A stretch of 64,000 nucleotides of DNA from assembly GCA_051599415.1 (NCBI GenBank), contig AP039703.1, forward strand, positions 1 through 64,000, given 5' to 3'. Below are positions 40,626 to 52,306 of this stretch, one piece after another. The stretch comes from Savitreella phatthalungensis (taxonomy: Eukaryota). The notes under the pieces are model-generated. The model searched no databases. It saw only the letters and a program-made list of their open reading frames with translations, and had not been told where the DNA came from. Position numbers and translations under genes: made by a program. How positions within the stretch are numbered: the stretch's first letter is position 1; the number at the start of each line of letters is the position of its first letter.

Positions 40626-41894
40626 CGTCGGGCAGATCGAGAACGAGTGTGGTTGGGTTAAGGTGTCTGTAGAAACCTCGTCCTAATTGCCGCTATGCTT
40701 CTTATATGGCTGCGTCGTGTCTGCCAAGAAAGTGTGTCCAAGCACGCGCGGAACTTTGCTCGAAGGTAGGGCAGCGTACCCGCCCGCAGTACAGCCTGGG
40801 TAACAAATTTGAGGAACGCACGGTTGGAAATGTAGGAGCGACAAGACCTCAATCTGACACAGGCTGATCTGGAGGATACAAGCGGGCAAGCTTTCTGCTG
40901 GAGTTCTCTGGAAAACAGAATGAGGCGTTGATCGTGATCGATTCTTATGACCTATCCCGAATGAAAGCCAGCCCGGACACGGTCTGACACTATTCAGTCT
41001 GTGATTCGATCGAGGAAATTGTCCAACGGTTCATACAGATCGCTCGAATATTTGAATATCTGCAGACATGGTGATCTGCGGCTTCCCATGAAGTTTTACT
41101 TGTCTGAGGTCCGGAGGAATGATGCTTAAAATAGAATTACTGGCGTCATTGTTTCTCAGGCTTCGTGGTTCACTGGCCTGCACTGCACCGCAGGAATCAA
41201 TCAGCCCTTTGGCACGGTATGAATGTACAATACAGAGCATGAAACATGCATCACGCTCAGACAATTCCACCTCCTGTATCCCTTCCCACCCTGGAGTCTC
41301 ACAAGTAGCAGAAGCACTGTGCGGCCGGGTGACAGATCAGCAGAGATGTAGAATGTAGTTGGCGTGATGTGACCTCAGCGCATACATGAGCAATATCTTA
41401 GAGCAGCCTTGACCTCGAACTTTACTGCAATCCACACGATTCAATGATAAATACAATGGCGCCAGCCAGTATCAAGCCGTTATTATTGAGAAAGAAGTGT
41501 CGGTGTGGTTGCTCGATTCGATTCAGTCGAGTCCAGTAAAGTATAGTCGCGGTAGAGTGACGATTGCTCTCCTCGAGTATTGCACTCAATTATGCTGCTT
41601 CAATCAGTTCAAGAATTTTACTAAGTGAGTATGCGAGTATCACGTGCTCACCGAGACATCAGAAAGTTCAGTCTTCCACGTGTATACTTGAGACGGGATT
41701 TATCGCTGCACGTCTATGCGTGATTTACCTGTAAATGATCATGAAGTTTCATACAGTCGGATTTCGTGGAGCCTTTCACCATTCGCTTCCGGCTCGTGTC
41801 TTCATCAGCTTGCAACGGGCGCGCGGAAGACCTGCAATCGCGATAGTCTGCCCCGGTCATTTAAGGCTCGCTGCTCGAGAGAAAGCAGCCGGTC

Positions 41895-43001
41895 ATGCTG
41901 AAGCGTGGCCTCGCCACTGGCGCTTCTGCCACTCGCACTGCTGTGTTCTTTCCCGGGCAGGGCAGCCAACAGGTCGGTATGCTCAAACCTTGGTTAGAGC
42001 GATGGGCATGCGCACGAGAGCTGGCGCAAGAGCTTGACGATGCGATTGGATTCCCGCTCACAAGGCTTATCGATCAAGGTCCACCTTCGGAACTGAACTT
42101 CACGGAAAATGCACAGCCAGCTATCCTGCTTCAATCAAGCATCATTGTACGTGTCTTGAAGGATGAGTTTGGCATCGATCTCGCATCTGTTGCGGACTAC
42201 ACGCTTGGCCACTCGCTCGGCGAATTCACAGCGCTTGCACTCTCTGGTATCGTGACTCCTGCCGCATCTCTCAAGCTTGTCCGAGAACGCGGCTTGGCGA
42301 TGCGGCAGGCTGCAGAGATGTCACAAGAAGCGCAAGCAGGACGGAGCGCATCGATGATAGCCTTGGTGGTGGAACGCGGGCGCAGCAGATTTGTCGTTGA
42401 ACAGCTTGCTCGATTTCGACGAGAGAGGAGACTCGACCTGCCACAAAACAAAGGCGAGGTCCTTTGTGTTGCGAACCACAATTCCGATTCACAGGTGGTG
42501 GTTGCAGGGTACGACGACTTACTACGAGATTTCATCGGATCGCTGAAGAGATTTGACGGTCGAGATCCACGCGCCATCAAATTGCCCCTTTCTGCTCCAT
42601 TCCACACGCCGATCATGGCGCCGGCCCAGACGCGCATCATGACATACCTGCGCGATCACGTCGACTTCACCATCCCCGCAAAAGTACCCTTAATATCTAA
42701 TGTTTCTGCCCTGCCGATGCCGGACGGCGCTGAATCAGCCAGGCATGCAGCTCCAAAATCACCAGCTGGAGAGTCTGATGCTGACGCTTGTAAGCGACTG
42801 ATTGCACGAGGCTGCACGGAGACGGTGAGATGGCTCGATTCAGTTGAGTGGCTTCGAGATGAGGCAGGCGTTGGACGCTACATCTCGATCGGACCATCGC
42901 AGGTCGCGCGGAAGCTCGTCGAGGCGATCGTCGCTAAGGAGCGCGTCCTACATGTTGGCAGAGTTGAAGACTGTGAGCCACTAGCGAAAGCTCTATTGTG
43001 A
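41895..43001 (+). CDS. MCT1: Mitochondrial malonyl-CoA:ACP transacylase
   Basis: FFPGQGSQQVGM, TENAQPAI, GHSLGEFTAL, SAPFHTPIM. Confidence 0.92.
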   Translation: MLKRGLATGASATRTAVFFPGQGSQQVGMLKPWLERWACARELAQELDDAIGFPLTRLIDQGPPSELNFTENAQPAILLQSSIIVRVLKDEFGIDLASVADYTLGHSLGEFTALALSGIVTPAASLKLVRERGLAMRQAAEMSQEAQAGRSASMIALVVERGRSRFVVEQLARFRRERRLDLPQNKGEVLCVANHNSDSQVVVAGYDDLLRDFIGSLKRFDGRDPRAIKLPLSAPFHTPIMAPAQTRIMTYLRDHVDFTIPAKVPLISNVSALPMPDGAESARHAAPKSPAGESDADACKRLIARGCTETVRWLDSVEWLRDEAGVGRYISIGPSQVARKLVEAIVAKERVLHVGRVEDCEPLAKALL

Positions 43002-43129
43002 GGACCAAGCGCCAAACTACAGTCAAGACCTGAAACACGACTCTTGGACGATCATGGGTCATAGTATTGTACACTAACGAAAATGCATCAAATGGTTGAT
43101 TGGGTTGTGGTCCTGGTGCGGAGGACGCT

Positions 43130-45478
43130 TCAGGCAGCGAGGATGATAAATCCATGCTCGAGGGCGAGAGCCCGCCAGCCTCTCATGGTGTCAAGCTCAG
43201 GCCGCTGCCAGACCAGGTTCGCAAACTGACTGACCCGCACGAAATTCTTCGTCCGTGTTGCCTCCGACAGGATGGCAAGGTGTCTCGAAAGCCAGCTTCG
43301 TGCTGGCTGGCCTGCGCTATTTATGCTGCAGAAAGGGTCAGCCACCTCCATCAGTGATGGACTCGTGGGCCCGACCATGCGCATCGATGCTGTTGGGCCT
43401 ACACAAGCTGCTGCCACGTGACTCGGCAAGGCTAGCGCAGTCGCGTATGGCGAGGCTGGACTAAGTCGCGAGACGAGCTCGAGGATCGTGAGTGCTCGAG
43501 CGGAAGCGCGAGAGTCAACAGCTCGCAGGGGCTCTTCTACTCCAGCTTCTCCGTGGCGTGTGGGAGAGCTCGGCTGGGAAGCCGGGAATGTGATTGGCCG
43601 GGCCAATGTACGATCATAGAGTAGGGCCACGGTGGCGCGCCAGATGCGCTTGACGAGGCGCCAGTCGGTCGTCTGACCGGAAAACATCGGTACACAACCT
43701 GCAATATCACGCACAGCCTCAACACCGCCTTCATCCACGTACTCGCGCATTTGTGCGTCAAGTAGAGCACGCTGCGCCTGGCGCGAAGCAGCGGCAGAGA
43801 AGCCAAGCTGTTCGTCGTGATCGAGACGAGATATCATGACAGCAAGCTTGATACCTCGGGCAGGCGCACCGAAATGGACGTCCAGCTCGTCATCGTCAAT
43901 GTCCATTGCCTGAGATGAATGCCCACCTGCGCCAATGTATGACTGGTCAAATGCTGTAAGGTCAATCGGCTCCGTCGTCGGCATCGCGATCTCTGCAAAG
44001 CAGGAGTACTTCAGGACACGTGCGCGGAGATATCGCTCTGTGCCGGAAGTCAGCATCTCGGGCGTGAGATGCGCAACAAGGGATCGAGCGGCACGTACAT
44101 GAAAGAGCCAATTGTCTCCATGATCGACAACGGCCAGCGAGATCTGAGCCAGGACACCTGCAATAAGCTTGAGTAGCGAAGGGGTATTACCGGAACGCTC
44201 TGCAACTGAGAATCCTTGGTAACCTCGATTGTCTGCCATGCGAGTCATAGCGAGTGGTTCAGCTTGCTCAGCAGAGTGACTTTCAACCAAGCGCTTCATG
44301 CCGTTGAGGCTGCGGTCGCGCATTGCTAGCGCTTCCTCAGCTACTTTGTCCTCACCTGTAAGAGATACGCGGCGAGCAGCGGCTGCAAGCTGTGTCGCTG
44401 AGAGTGCAAGCACGCCAGAAAGCACGTCTGCATCTGCGAGAGCGAGTGGAAGAAAGTACTTCAGTGATGGGTTACGCGCGGTTGGGTTCGACTCGGCGGG
44501 ATGGAGGAAACTGCAGGTCTGATGTACGTAGTGATCAAATAGGACGCGCTTAGACGGATCACGGAGAATTCTGCTAACAGCGGAACTCAAAGGCATCGTC
44601 ATGGTCAATGACAGCATCATGTTGTCTGTGGCACTGAGAGCCTGGTCTGCTCTACGCAGCTCAATCACATCTTCATGACAGGCCGCGCCACCGGCTGTGT
44701 AGTCTTGCATGATGTCCGGTATTGTTATGCTTCGCCGGCGCTCGTTGTTGGCGACCACGCCGACTGGGTCGTGATTTGTCCACTGCTCGAATGGGTGCCA
44801 GTCTGGCTCAGAGATTTCAGACATTGGAGTGATGGTAGCCGACTCATTTGTCGTAACGGAGCGCGAGTCGTCATAGGCCGGAGCTCCAATCTTGGATCTG
44901 TTCGAACGAGGCGTAGCCCGGCTTGTGTAAATCTGACCTGCAATCGGCCTGGCTGGCGGTGCGACGAGGATTGAAGATGGTGCTGGCATTCCTGGCTTGA
45001 CCTTGGCACGTCGTCCTGTTCGCTTGTCGTGCTTGGTGCTATTGATCGTGTTGAATTGAATGCGATTGTAAGTGCAGCTGTCGCCGCGTCGTTGGCAGCC
45101 TCCGCAGGCCGGTTTGCCACGGTCACATTTCACGCGAGCTGTCTTACACGGCAGACAGCCATCTGTATTCCGGGTTTTTCTGGGTGCCGCTGAGGGCATC
45201 AGATGTGGCGAGCTGGATGTCGAGTCAGCAGAGCACTCATGGTTGTTCATGTCGCCAGCAGTAGCCACAGCAAGCTCAGGCGCGGTACTTGGGCCTGCTT
45301 GCACCCCAGTCGGATCAAAAGCACTGAAACTGTTGTAGGACTGAAAATTGTCCTGGCTCGTGAGTCCCGCTGGCGCAGCGTTTGGCCAGGTCGTTGCGCT
45401 GCTGCTGGTGTTCATGGAGCCTAGTCCGGTGGTCGGCCTTAAGGGTGTCATAGATGACGTTCGCTGTAAGAGGAGCAT
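43130..45478 (-). CDS. Zn(II)2Cys6 transcription factor
   Basis: GCLPCKTARVKCDRGKPACGGCQRRGDSC, plus a fungal TF middle region (LFDHYV...ALSATQL...WLFHVRAA). Confidence 0.92.
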   Translation of the reverse strand: MLLLQRTSSMTPLRPTTGLGSMNTSSSATTWPNAAPAGLTSQDNFQSYNSFSAFDPTGVQAGPSTAPELAVATAGDMNNHECSADSTSSSPHLMPSAAPRKTRNTDGCLPCKTARVKCDRGKPACGGCQRRGDSCTYNRIQFNTINSTKHDKRTGRRAKVKPGMPAPSSILVAPPARPIAGQIYTSRATPRSNRSKIGAPAYDDSRSVTTNESATITPMSEISEPDWHPFEQWTNHDPVGVVANNERRRSITIPDIMQDYTAGGAACHEDVIELRRADQALSATDNMMLSLTMTMPLSSAVSRILRDPSKRVLFDHYVHQTCSFLHPAESNPTARNPSLKYFLPLALADADVLSGVLALSATQLAAAARRVSLTGEDKVAEEALAMRDRSLNGMKRLVESHSAEQAEPLAMTRMADNRGYQGFSVAERSGNTPSLLKLIAGVLAQISLAVVDHGDNWLFHVRAARSLVAHLTPEMLTSGTERYLRARVLKYSCFAEIAMPTTEPIDLTAFDQSYIGAGGHSSQAMDIDDDELDVHFGAPARGIKLAVMISRLDHDEQLGFSAAASRQAQRALLDAQMREYVDEGGVEAVRDIAGCVPMFSGQTTDWRLVKRIWRATVALLYDRTLARPITFPASQPSSPTRHGEAGVEEPLRAVDSRASARALTILELVSRLSPASPYATALALPSHVAAACVGPTASMRMVGPTSPSLMEVADPFCSINSAGQPARSWLSRHLAILSEATRTKNFVRVSQFANLVWQRPELDTMRGWRALALEHGFIILAA

Positions 45479-48072
45479 TCAGGACAGATGTTCAGTCCGA
45501 TTTCTTTCAAGGACAGTGGTCGTGGACCTGACGATTGTAGCAATGATCTAGCGGTGCTGGGTCTAGACGCGAAGATCCTGCTCTTGCGTGGTCAATGTGG
45601 AACACGCTAGCGTAATAGGTTTGGACGACACAAGCGAGAAGCCAGGTCAGATGCAGGCGTGCGCGTGAATACTTGCGCGTTGAATGTCGATGTGTCCGTG
45701 TAACAGAAACGACGAGCGGCGAGAAGTCCCCTTGTAGGCCCCAAGTGCAACCAAGCGCGTTCGAGATTGAGAGATGCAAAAGTCAGTCCGTCACGAGATC
45801 CTTCTGAAAGGGACTGCCCGGGTTTATATCGCAAACATCATGAACACAAGCACGGAACCTCAATTGCTGGCATCCAGAGGGACGTGCCTTCAAAGGACCA
45901 GCAAGTTACCTCGTTCAAGCTCGGGCTGCACCGGCGACTAAAGACAACCTGGTCTCCAAGCCTGAGGCTTTGGCTGTGAAGTCTGATCATACGTAGTGAG
46001 CCCTACATCAGGAAGCTTCAAACGCACAAGTGGGTTGAAGGGCTGCTGGTATGGGTAAGTACAGGTGCTCCGAGACGTCTCAGGTCTACAGCGCTAGCGT
46101 GTAAGCACGCGCTCGTCAGCCCCAGGCATGGGGTAGCGAGATGATGCCTGCACCACCTCTTCCTTCTTGGCTTTTTACCATTTCACACCTGCCAGCTTGA
46201 TCTTTCACTACGAAAAAGAACCTCACCTGTATTACATTGGAAAGTGCTGAGACTGCCTGCCGCTCGTAATCCATAATGATTCTGGCCGGAGATCAGTAGG
46301 GTGGTTGAATCGTTTCATTCCTTCAAGAACTTATCAATGAATGTGTGTGGAAGCGAGGCGGAAAGGGCTTCACTTCTTCAGACTCCATCTAGATTGGCTT
46401 CAACGGAGGCGAGGAAAGGGAGGCATGGTGAAGACGGGCGCTTTCGTGAAATTGCTCCTCTCCTTGTTAGTCGGAGCATCGGAATAGTGATCGGATATCA
46501 GAACTTTGATCCAACAAGGAATTCAACACAATGGTTTGGTGATTCAGGCGTTGTTAAATACAAACAAATACTTTGTCATATGTGCTTCTGTCAGAACATA
46601 TCTCTGCTCATCATACAGAATCAATCAGAAAAGGCCTCAAAAATCCCGCAAGCTGAAACCCCTTCAGTCACGGGGCGTTAAATAATCAAGTACCGTGTAG
46701 ATATGGTCGGGGTTTAGTGGGATAGGAGTTTATTTGCCCAGAGATTAAGTACTTTTACCGAACAGGCTAAAGTTGAAATGAATGCTTCATTCTACCTAGC
46801 CACCGGCCGCTTCGACGACAGATGAGACGCTGGGCAGATTCATCGGACGTCGTACAGACACAGATAGAGCGATAATCCCACGGTTTCTGCATCAAGCGCA
46901 GTCGGCACTACTTAGCATCGTGAAGGACTCTTTACAAGGCTACGCTTCATGCTGGCTGTTCTGCATGCCATTTGCTGATATGCATAATTTTAAATGCTGA
47001 CTTTCCGCGGACATTCTAGGCATCGATGAGATCAGGAGGTATACCTTTTGTCGGTGATCAGATATGAAGCCACCAATGAGTGCTTAATTCGAATGCGACC
47101 AACCATAAACGTGTTCCAGGAACCTGGTATAAGTTGCACCAAAACCCGAATTTGCGGCACCGTCGACGAGCAGCAAAGATTGAAATTTGCAAGACTCATC
47201 ATGCAGATGCACAATAAATTGCCAGAAGTATAACAAGCATCATCGTGGGCATGAACATTCACATTCGCTCCTCGTCTCGTTGGTATATGGCAGCGATGCG
47301 ATGGGCATCTGTTCTGCTCACCTTCGTCCAAGGGCGCTCAGCCAGGTACAAAGTGAGAAGAGGTACTATTGCTTGACCGTATGACATGAGTAGCCCGATC
47401 AGTCACATTCTATTTTGAGCTTGTTCAGCCAGTCTCAGACGGGACTCCGAACAATACCGAGTTCTCGCTCGTTTTCCCGGTCGATCTGCAGAAATGCACA
47501 TTGCGCGGTTTTTACTCCTCAATCTTACACAAAGTCTTTCTACTGAAGCTGTTCTTCGGGACTGCAGGCTTTGAGCACGAGGCTACAGGCAGGGTGGCCA
47601 GCTTCAGGGTTTGCAGAACTATCAAGGAGATCGAGTCAGCGAAAGTCTCCGACTGAACACCATCTGGGTTGGCTCCGAGCTATGTTCCGGCCGTGCCCTT
47701 GTATCCTCGATTTCTGCATTCTTTCTCTGCATTGCCTTACTTTCTGGGAATGCCAATTCAATTCGTCGACAGCTGTAATCACATTGGCCGAGCAACACAG
47801 TGGCTATTTCGTTCGATAAATTCGGGGGGCCTTGAATACCAGCATGGGATGGGGAATATGGGATTCTCATCATGGAGGCGCCACGATCGGGTGCCAATGG
47901 TGCGGCACAAATGCATCTGCCGGATCGGTTCGGTCTAGGGAGCTCGCGAGGCCACTCCGGCACTTATAGACCAAGCTCGTTGTAAGCGACATCCGCGGGT
48001 CTCGACCGGGCCTCAAGATGTAGAGGGAAGCTCGTTCCCGCGCAATGGCATTACATCTTTTCTACGCTTCCG

Positions 48073-48690
48073 TCATCGACGCACAGCCTCGACCGTGTAG
48101 TAAAAGTCGCCAATCTGCTCGACTTTCGGCGATGCGAGCCATGTCTCTGACTGAACGCGTGGTCGGAGAAAGTGAGATGGCCTAAAGGAGACCATGAGAA
48201 ATCGGCCGCCAGCTCGGAGCACGCGTGCGGCCTCATTGATCTCCGCTGCACAGTTATCCACAACATCCTTAGGAGGGTCCCACGGCGAGCCGGCATGGCA
48301 AAGGAGCGCATCCATTGTACCTTTGTCAATGGCACAATCGAAAGAATCGTCAGCAAGGCGATCGAGTGATCGAATGTCCATCACTTCCCAGATCGCGCCA
48401 GGCCTGCCGTCCGCGAAAAGCCTCGCACTCTCGTCGATCGCATTTTGAGAGAAATCGATTGAAGTGATATCCTTGTATCCTGCGTCGTACAGATCGGCAG
48501 ATAGGCTGGATGTGCCGCAGCCGAGTATCAGAATACGTGCTTTGAAGCCGCCGCACTCGTCGAGGTTGCGTTCGAGAAATTGTCTGATCTCGGAGTAGCA
48601 TTTGAACCAGTCGTAGCCGTCCTTGTCGTCCCCTGCATACCGAGCATCCCAGTACTCCTTTGTCGCCAGTTCGGGCGCACCGAGTGACAT
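48073..48690 (-). CDS. Class I SAM methyltransferase, EEF1AKMT4/METTL13-N-like
   Basis: EYWDARY, YDWF, ILILGCGTS, IDFS, DKGTMDAL. ATG at 48690. Confidence 0.88.
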   Translation of the reverse strand: MSLGAPELATKEYWDARYAGDDKDGYDWFKCYSEIRQFLERNLDECGGFKARILILGCGTSSLSADLYDAGYKDITSIDFSQNAIDESARLFADGRPGAIWEVMDIRSLDRLADDSFDCAIDKGTMDALLCHAGSPWDPPKDVVDNCAAEINEAARVLRAGGRFLMVSFRPSHFLRPRVQSETWLASPKVEQIGDFYYTVEAVRR

Positions 48691-49049
48691 AGTGCGCACT
48701 CGCCGGGAGATGACTATACCAAGGTATTCGCCTGCAACAATCAAATCAAGACCATGTTTGTGTTCCTGGAGGAATTCTCTGTCATTCGATTGTCTATTTA
48801 TAGCTAAATGCGCTTTTGCAGGCGTCCGTGCATAATCAACTGCATAATTCATCGATATGGTGTTTGGAAATGAGCATGAGCAAACCACATGGCCGTTTCA
48901 CCGCCATCTACTTGAGACCACCCGTACAGACCGCGCACACGTTGCACATGACATGCGACTGGTCGCCGTCCGTGATGAAGTAGGATGACCGACGAGTGGA
49001 AAGTAAGCTTGCTATACCAGTATGTGTAGCTAGGGCGCGTAAGATCACG

Positions 49050-49879
49050 ATGCCCGTGCCAGACGACATTCGGACTTTGCTTCGTTCATTTCAGGGTTCG
49101 CATCTGCGGCAGAGCTCTGAACGCCGAGTAAGGCTGGAACATGAGCACATACGTGAGAACGTCATAAACGACATTCGGTCTAATGCCGAACAAGATTACA
49201 AGTCCGCTCGTCTATGAACGCTCGAATCAAACTGACCTGAACAAGCACAGCGGAGAGTGAAGTCCACAGGCGAATTCGAGACATACTTGCCCGGTTGGGC
49301 CAACTTGCGGCTGAGCACGACAAGGACCTCAAGCAGGTTGAGATTCGGGAGATGCAGCTACTGGCACGTCTACAGATGCTGGACGAAGCAACGATGGTCA
49401 CGGTGCGTACCGAGTCGTGCTGGCTACCCCGGTGTTTGTCTGATGCCGGGCGTGAGGGTGTCAGTCGTGCGAACTGGAATCAGGCGATGAACAACGGGTC
49501 TCTCGTCAGCTCTGTGAAGGAAGACCTCCACGAGAGCATAGATGTATGGCCAGACTCGTTCTGGAACATCTGGAAGCCTGAAGAGGCGGCCACAATCCAA
49601 GAAGACGCTCACGACTGTCAGAGCATCCAAACCGAGCTCACTGAAGCACTTGGATTGCTGAAGATTCCAGAGGATTGGTACGTTGAACTTAACTCGGAAA
49701 GCCGCTCACTGCTCCACAGAGTCGACGAGAAGGAACACGTCGTAAGCATGGAATCATATCTCATTGCGCTAAATGATCACTACGAGCGTGTATGGAGGGT
49801 CGAAGAAGCGAAGCTGGCAGCTGAGAGAGACCAGCTCAAGCAGAAGATCCTCGCAAGCCTACAACTCTCGCCTTCGTAG
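49050..49879 (+). CDS. Hypothetical coiled-coil protein, probable join(49050..49201,49246..49879)
   Basis: A 44-nt intron with a CTGAC branch joins two helical ORFs in frame. The donor (GTCCGC) is weak. Confidence 0.5.
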
Positions 49880-49925
49880 ACACTTGGACGCGATAAGCAG
49901 CTTCTGGATGAACGCACGGATGTGT

Positions 49926-51812
49926 CTACCGCTGTTCGTCCATATTGCGAATGAAAGTCCAGAACCATGAGACAGCGTCGAGATGACCGCTAATTGGCAT
50001 ATTCTCATCCACAGTGTGAATCTTGCCGACGCCCTGAACTCGCGAAGGGTTGTAGCGGAAAATATTTGGCGAGACATTCCAGTACCAGCGTGTATCCGTG
50101 TTACCGGTCATCAAGCCAGGCGCAACAATCGTGTCCTCACCAAAGACTGCCCTGATTGTGCCAGACAGCACAGCCCAAGCGGTCGAGTCGAGCGGCGAAA
50201 CAGGCGCAGGCTCGAGCACATTGTCTGTCGCGAGCCGGATGATCCGGGCCGAGCCGCCGCTGGAATGGAGTTCAGAGCCATCGAAGCTTCTCAAGGTATA
50301 ATTATATTCCCTAGCGGTCTTCTTGGCAAGACCCTCGATGCGTTCGAGGACGTCGGCAACACGCTCACCAACATTGACACGATGATTGACCACGAATTCG
50401 ACCTGCTCTGGCAGGGCGTTGACCTTGACACCGCCACGAATTGTATCAACGGCGAGCGAAGTCTGGAAGAGGTATCGCACGATGTCGCCCAGATTCTCAT
50501 GCTCAATAATCGCTTTGGCCAAGTGATCCGGCTTACCGCGACCTTTGCCGTGGCCCTTCTCCTTCTTGCCCCTCTTGCCCTTGCTAAGCTCGACGTCGTT
50601 GCGAGAAATATGCAAGCTCTCCACCGTAGGTCTGTGCCTGAGCAGCTTCGAGTACGCCTTCGGGAACTCCGGCGCATGCTCATTTGCGCAATGAAGGAGA
50701 CCTAGGAATGGGGAGTTGTCGTGGATAGCAGGAGCATATGGATGCCTCTCGATGCGCTTGATCAGGTCTGCAGCGACGCCGATAGCAGTGTGCGCGTAAG
50801 GGATTGAAGAATGGCCACCGGGCGCATTCAGCGTGATGCGCACGTTGACATGACCCTTCTCGCCTGTTGCAGGTGTAGCGAAATTCTGGCCCCAGGCCGC
50901 AAAGAATCCGGCGCCTTCGTCAACAACTACCTCCACGCCGTGCTTCCCATACTTGTTGACGAGATGAGGCCCTAGACCAGAGGCAATGTGCGAGCCAGAG
51001 ATTTCTTCGTCCGCACCAAAGCTGAATATGATCGTGCGGGAGGGAACGAAGCCCTCGTCAATGAGAAGAGTCATGGCTTGTAGTCCGGCCAACAGCTGGT
51101 TCTTGTCATCGGACGATCCACGACCCCAAACATATTCTCCGTCGTAGTGGCCATCGAATGGTGGATACGTCCACTGATCGATTGTTCGATCTGCAACGGG
51201 AACGACATCGTAGTGTGCCATCAGGACGACTGGCTTCAGGCTGGAATTGGTGCCTTCCCAAGTATAGACGAGACCGTACTTGTTGACACGCTCGAGCGTG
51301 AACTTCTCGTGCAGAGCGGGGAATGCTTGCCTGAGCCAGTCGATAAAGGGCTCACGGGTGAGCCATCGTTCATCATCTGAATCAACCTCGCCTAGATCGT
51401 CAAAGCTGACAGTCGGAAACGTGACGGCCTTCGATAGCGTGTTAGCAGCAAACAGCTTGAATTCGTCCCCATGGATCTTATCGCGAATTTCCGAGTAGTT
51501 CCCAACCCGTGGTGTTAACGCGGGTACTTGCTTGCATTGATCTTTTCCGCTCCAAGGAAGAGCTGGTCGAGACTGCTTAGGATGATGTTTAGAATGGTGT
51601 GCAACAAAGGTCGCTGGCTGGAAAAAGAAATAGTAAAAGGTGAAACCCATGAGAAGGGTCATCAATACACGCCGTGCGGCATCCCTCCGACTCGAGGATG
51701 ATGTCCTCTCTGTCGATTCTAAGGCGACTTTCTCAGGCTGATCACTGATGAAGGAAGACATAAGTGGTCGTCTAGGCTGTCTGTGTGAGTCGAGCTGCAT
51801 GCCCATGTGCAT
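49926..51812 (-). CDS. CPS1: Carboxypeptidase S (M20 peptidase)
   Basis: N-terminal TM, MAHYDVVP, WGRGSSDDK, GADEEISG, DEG, GGHSSIP, GNTDTRWY, IHTVDE. The start may be 51761. Confidence 0.93.
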   Translation of the reverse strand: MHMGMQLDSHRQPRRPLMSSFISDQPEKVALESTERTSSSSRRDAARRVLMTLLMGFTFYYFFFQPATFVAHHSKHHPKQSRPALPWSGKDQCKQVPALTPRVGNYSEIRDKIHGDEFKLFAANTLSKAVTFPTVSFDDLGEVDSDDERWLTREPFIDWLRQAFPALHEKFTLERVNKYGLVYTWEGTNSSLKPVVLMAHYDVVPVADRTIDQWTYPPFDGHYDGEYVWGRGSSDDKNQLLAGLQAMTLLIDEGFVPSRTIIFSFGADEEISGSHIASGLGPHLVNKYGKHGVEVVVDEGAGFFAAWGQNFATPATGEKGHVNVRITLNAPGGHSSIPYAHTAIGVAADLIKRIERHPYAPAIHDNSPFLGLLHCANEHAPEFPKAYSKLLRHRPTVESLHISRNDVELSKGKRGKKEKGHGKGRGKPDHLAKAIIEHENLGDIVRYLFQTSLAVDTIRGGVKVNALPEQVEFVVNHRVNVGERVADVLERIEGLAKKTAREYNYTLRSFDGSELHSSGGSARIIRLATDNVLEPAPVSPLDSTAWAVLSGTIRAVFGEDTIVAPGLMTGNTDTRWYWNVSPNIFRYNPSRVQGVGKIHTVDENMPISGHLDAVSWFWTFIRNMDEQR

Positions 51813-52306
51813 CTATGAGGGTATATATACTGGTAGACTTGATCGGACCTTATACACCGCACTTGCGATACGACATGTCTTCCTCGAGGTGCCGTTGGTT
51901 GAGAACTGTGGAGTAAGCTAGATCAATTAGATGTGACTCTCATACACGCAATCAATCAATTGCGTATACTTATATGTACGTACTGTAGAGACAGTATGTG
52001 CAGCTGTTTGACTGGATACAGCAACAGTACATAGATATTTGATTCTGAGCTGGACCAAGTAGCTCGGTTAGTGATCGCTTAAGTTTGCTGATTCTCGATT
52101 CAAACAATCTCAGTCACAATCATTCGTAGATTATCCAGCGGGTATCCTCACACATGCACGTGAAAGTATATATCATTGCAGCTTCCTTCGACGCACGGCA
52201 GACTTCCAGCACGCCTGTCGATGATTGAAAAACGATCGTCCAGCCTCAAGTCATGACTGCATCGCCTTCGAGATAGCCTTGTGCTGCACAGCCCAGATTT
52301 GTATGC

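Noticed and set aside
47250..47655. Possible small spliced secreted protein on +
   Set aside because: It needs an unusually short ~31-nt intron, and the signal peptide is weak. Not supportable without RNA data.
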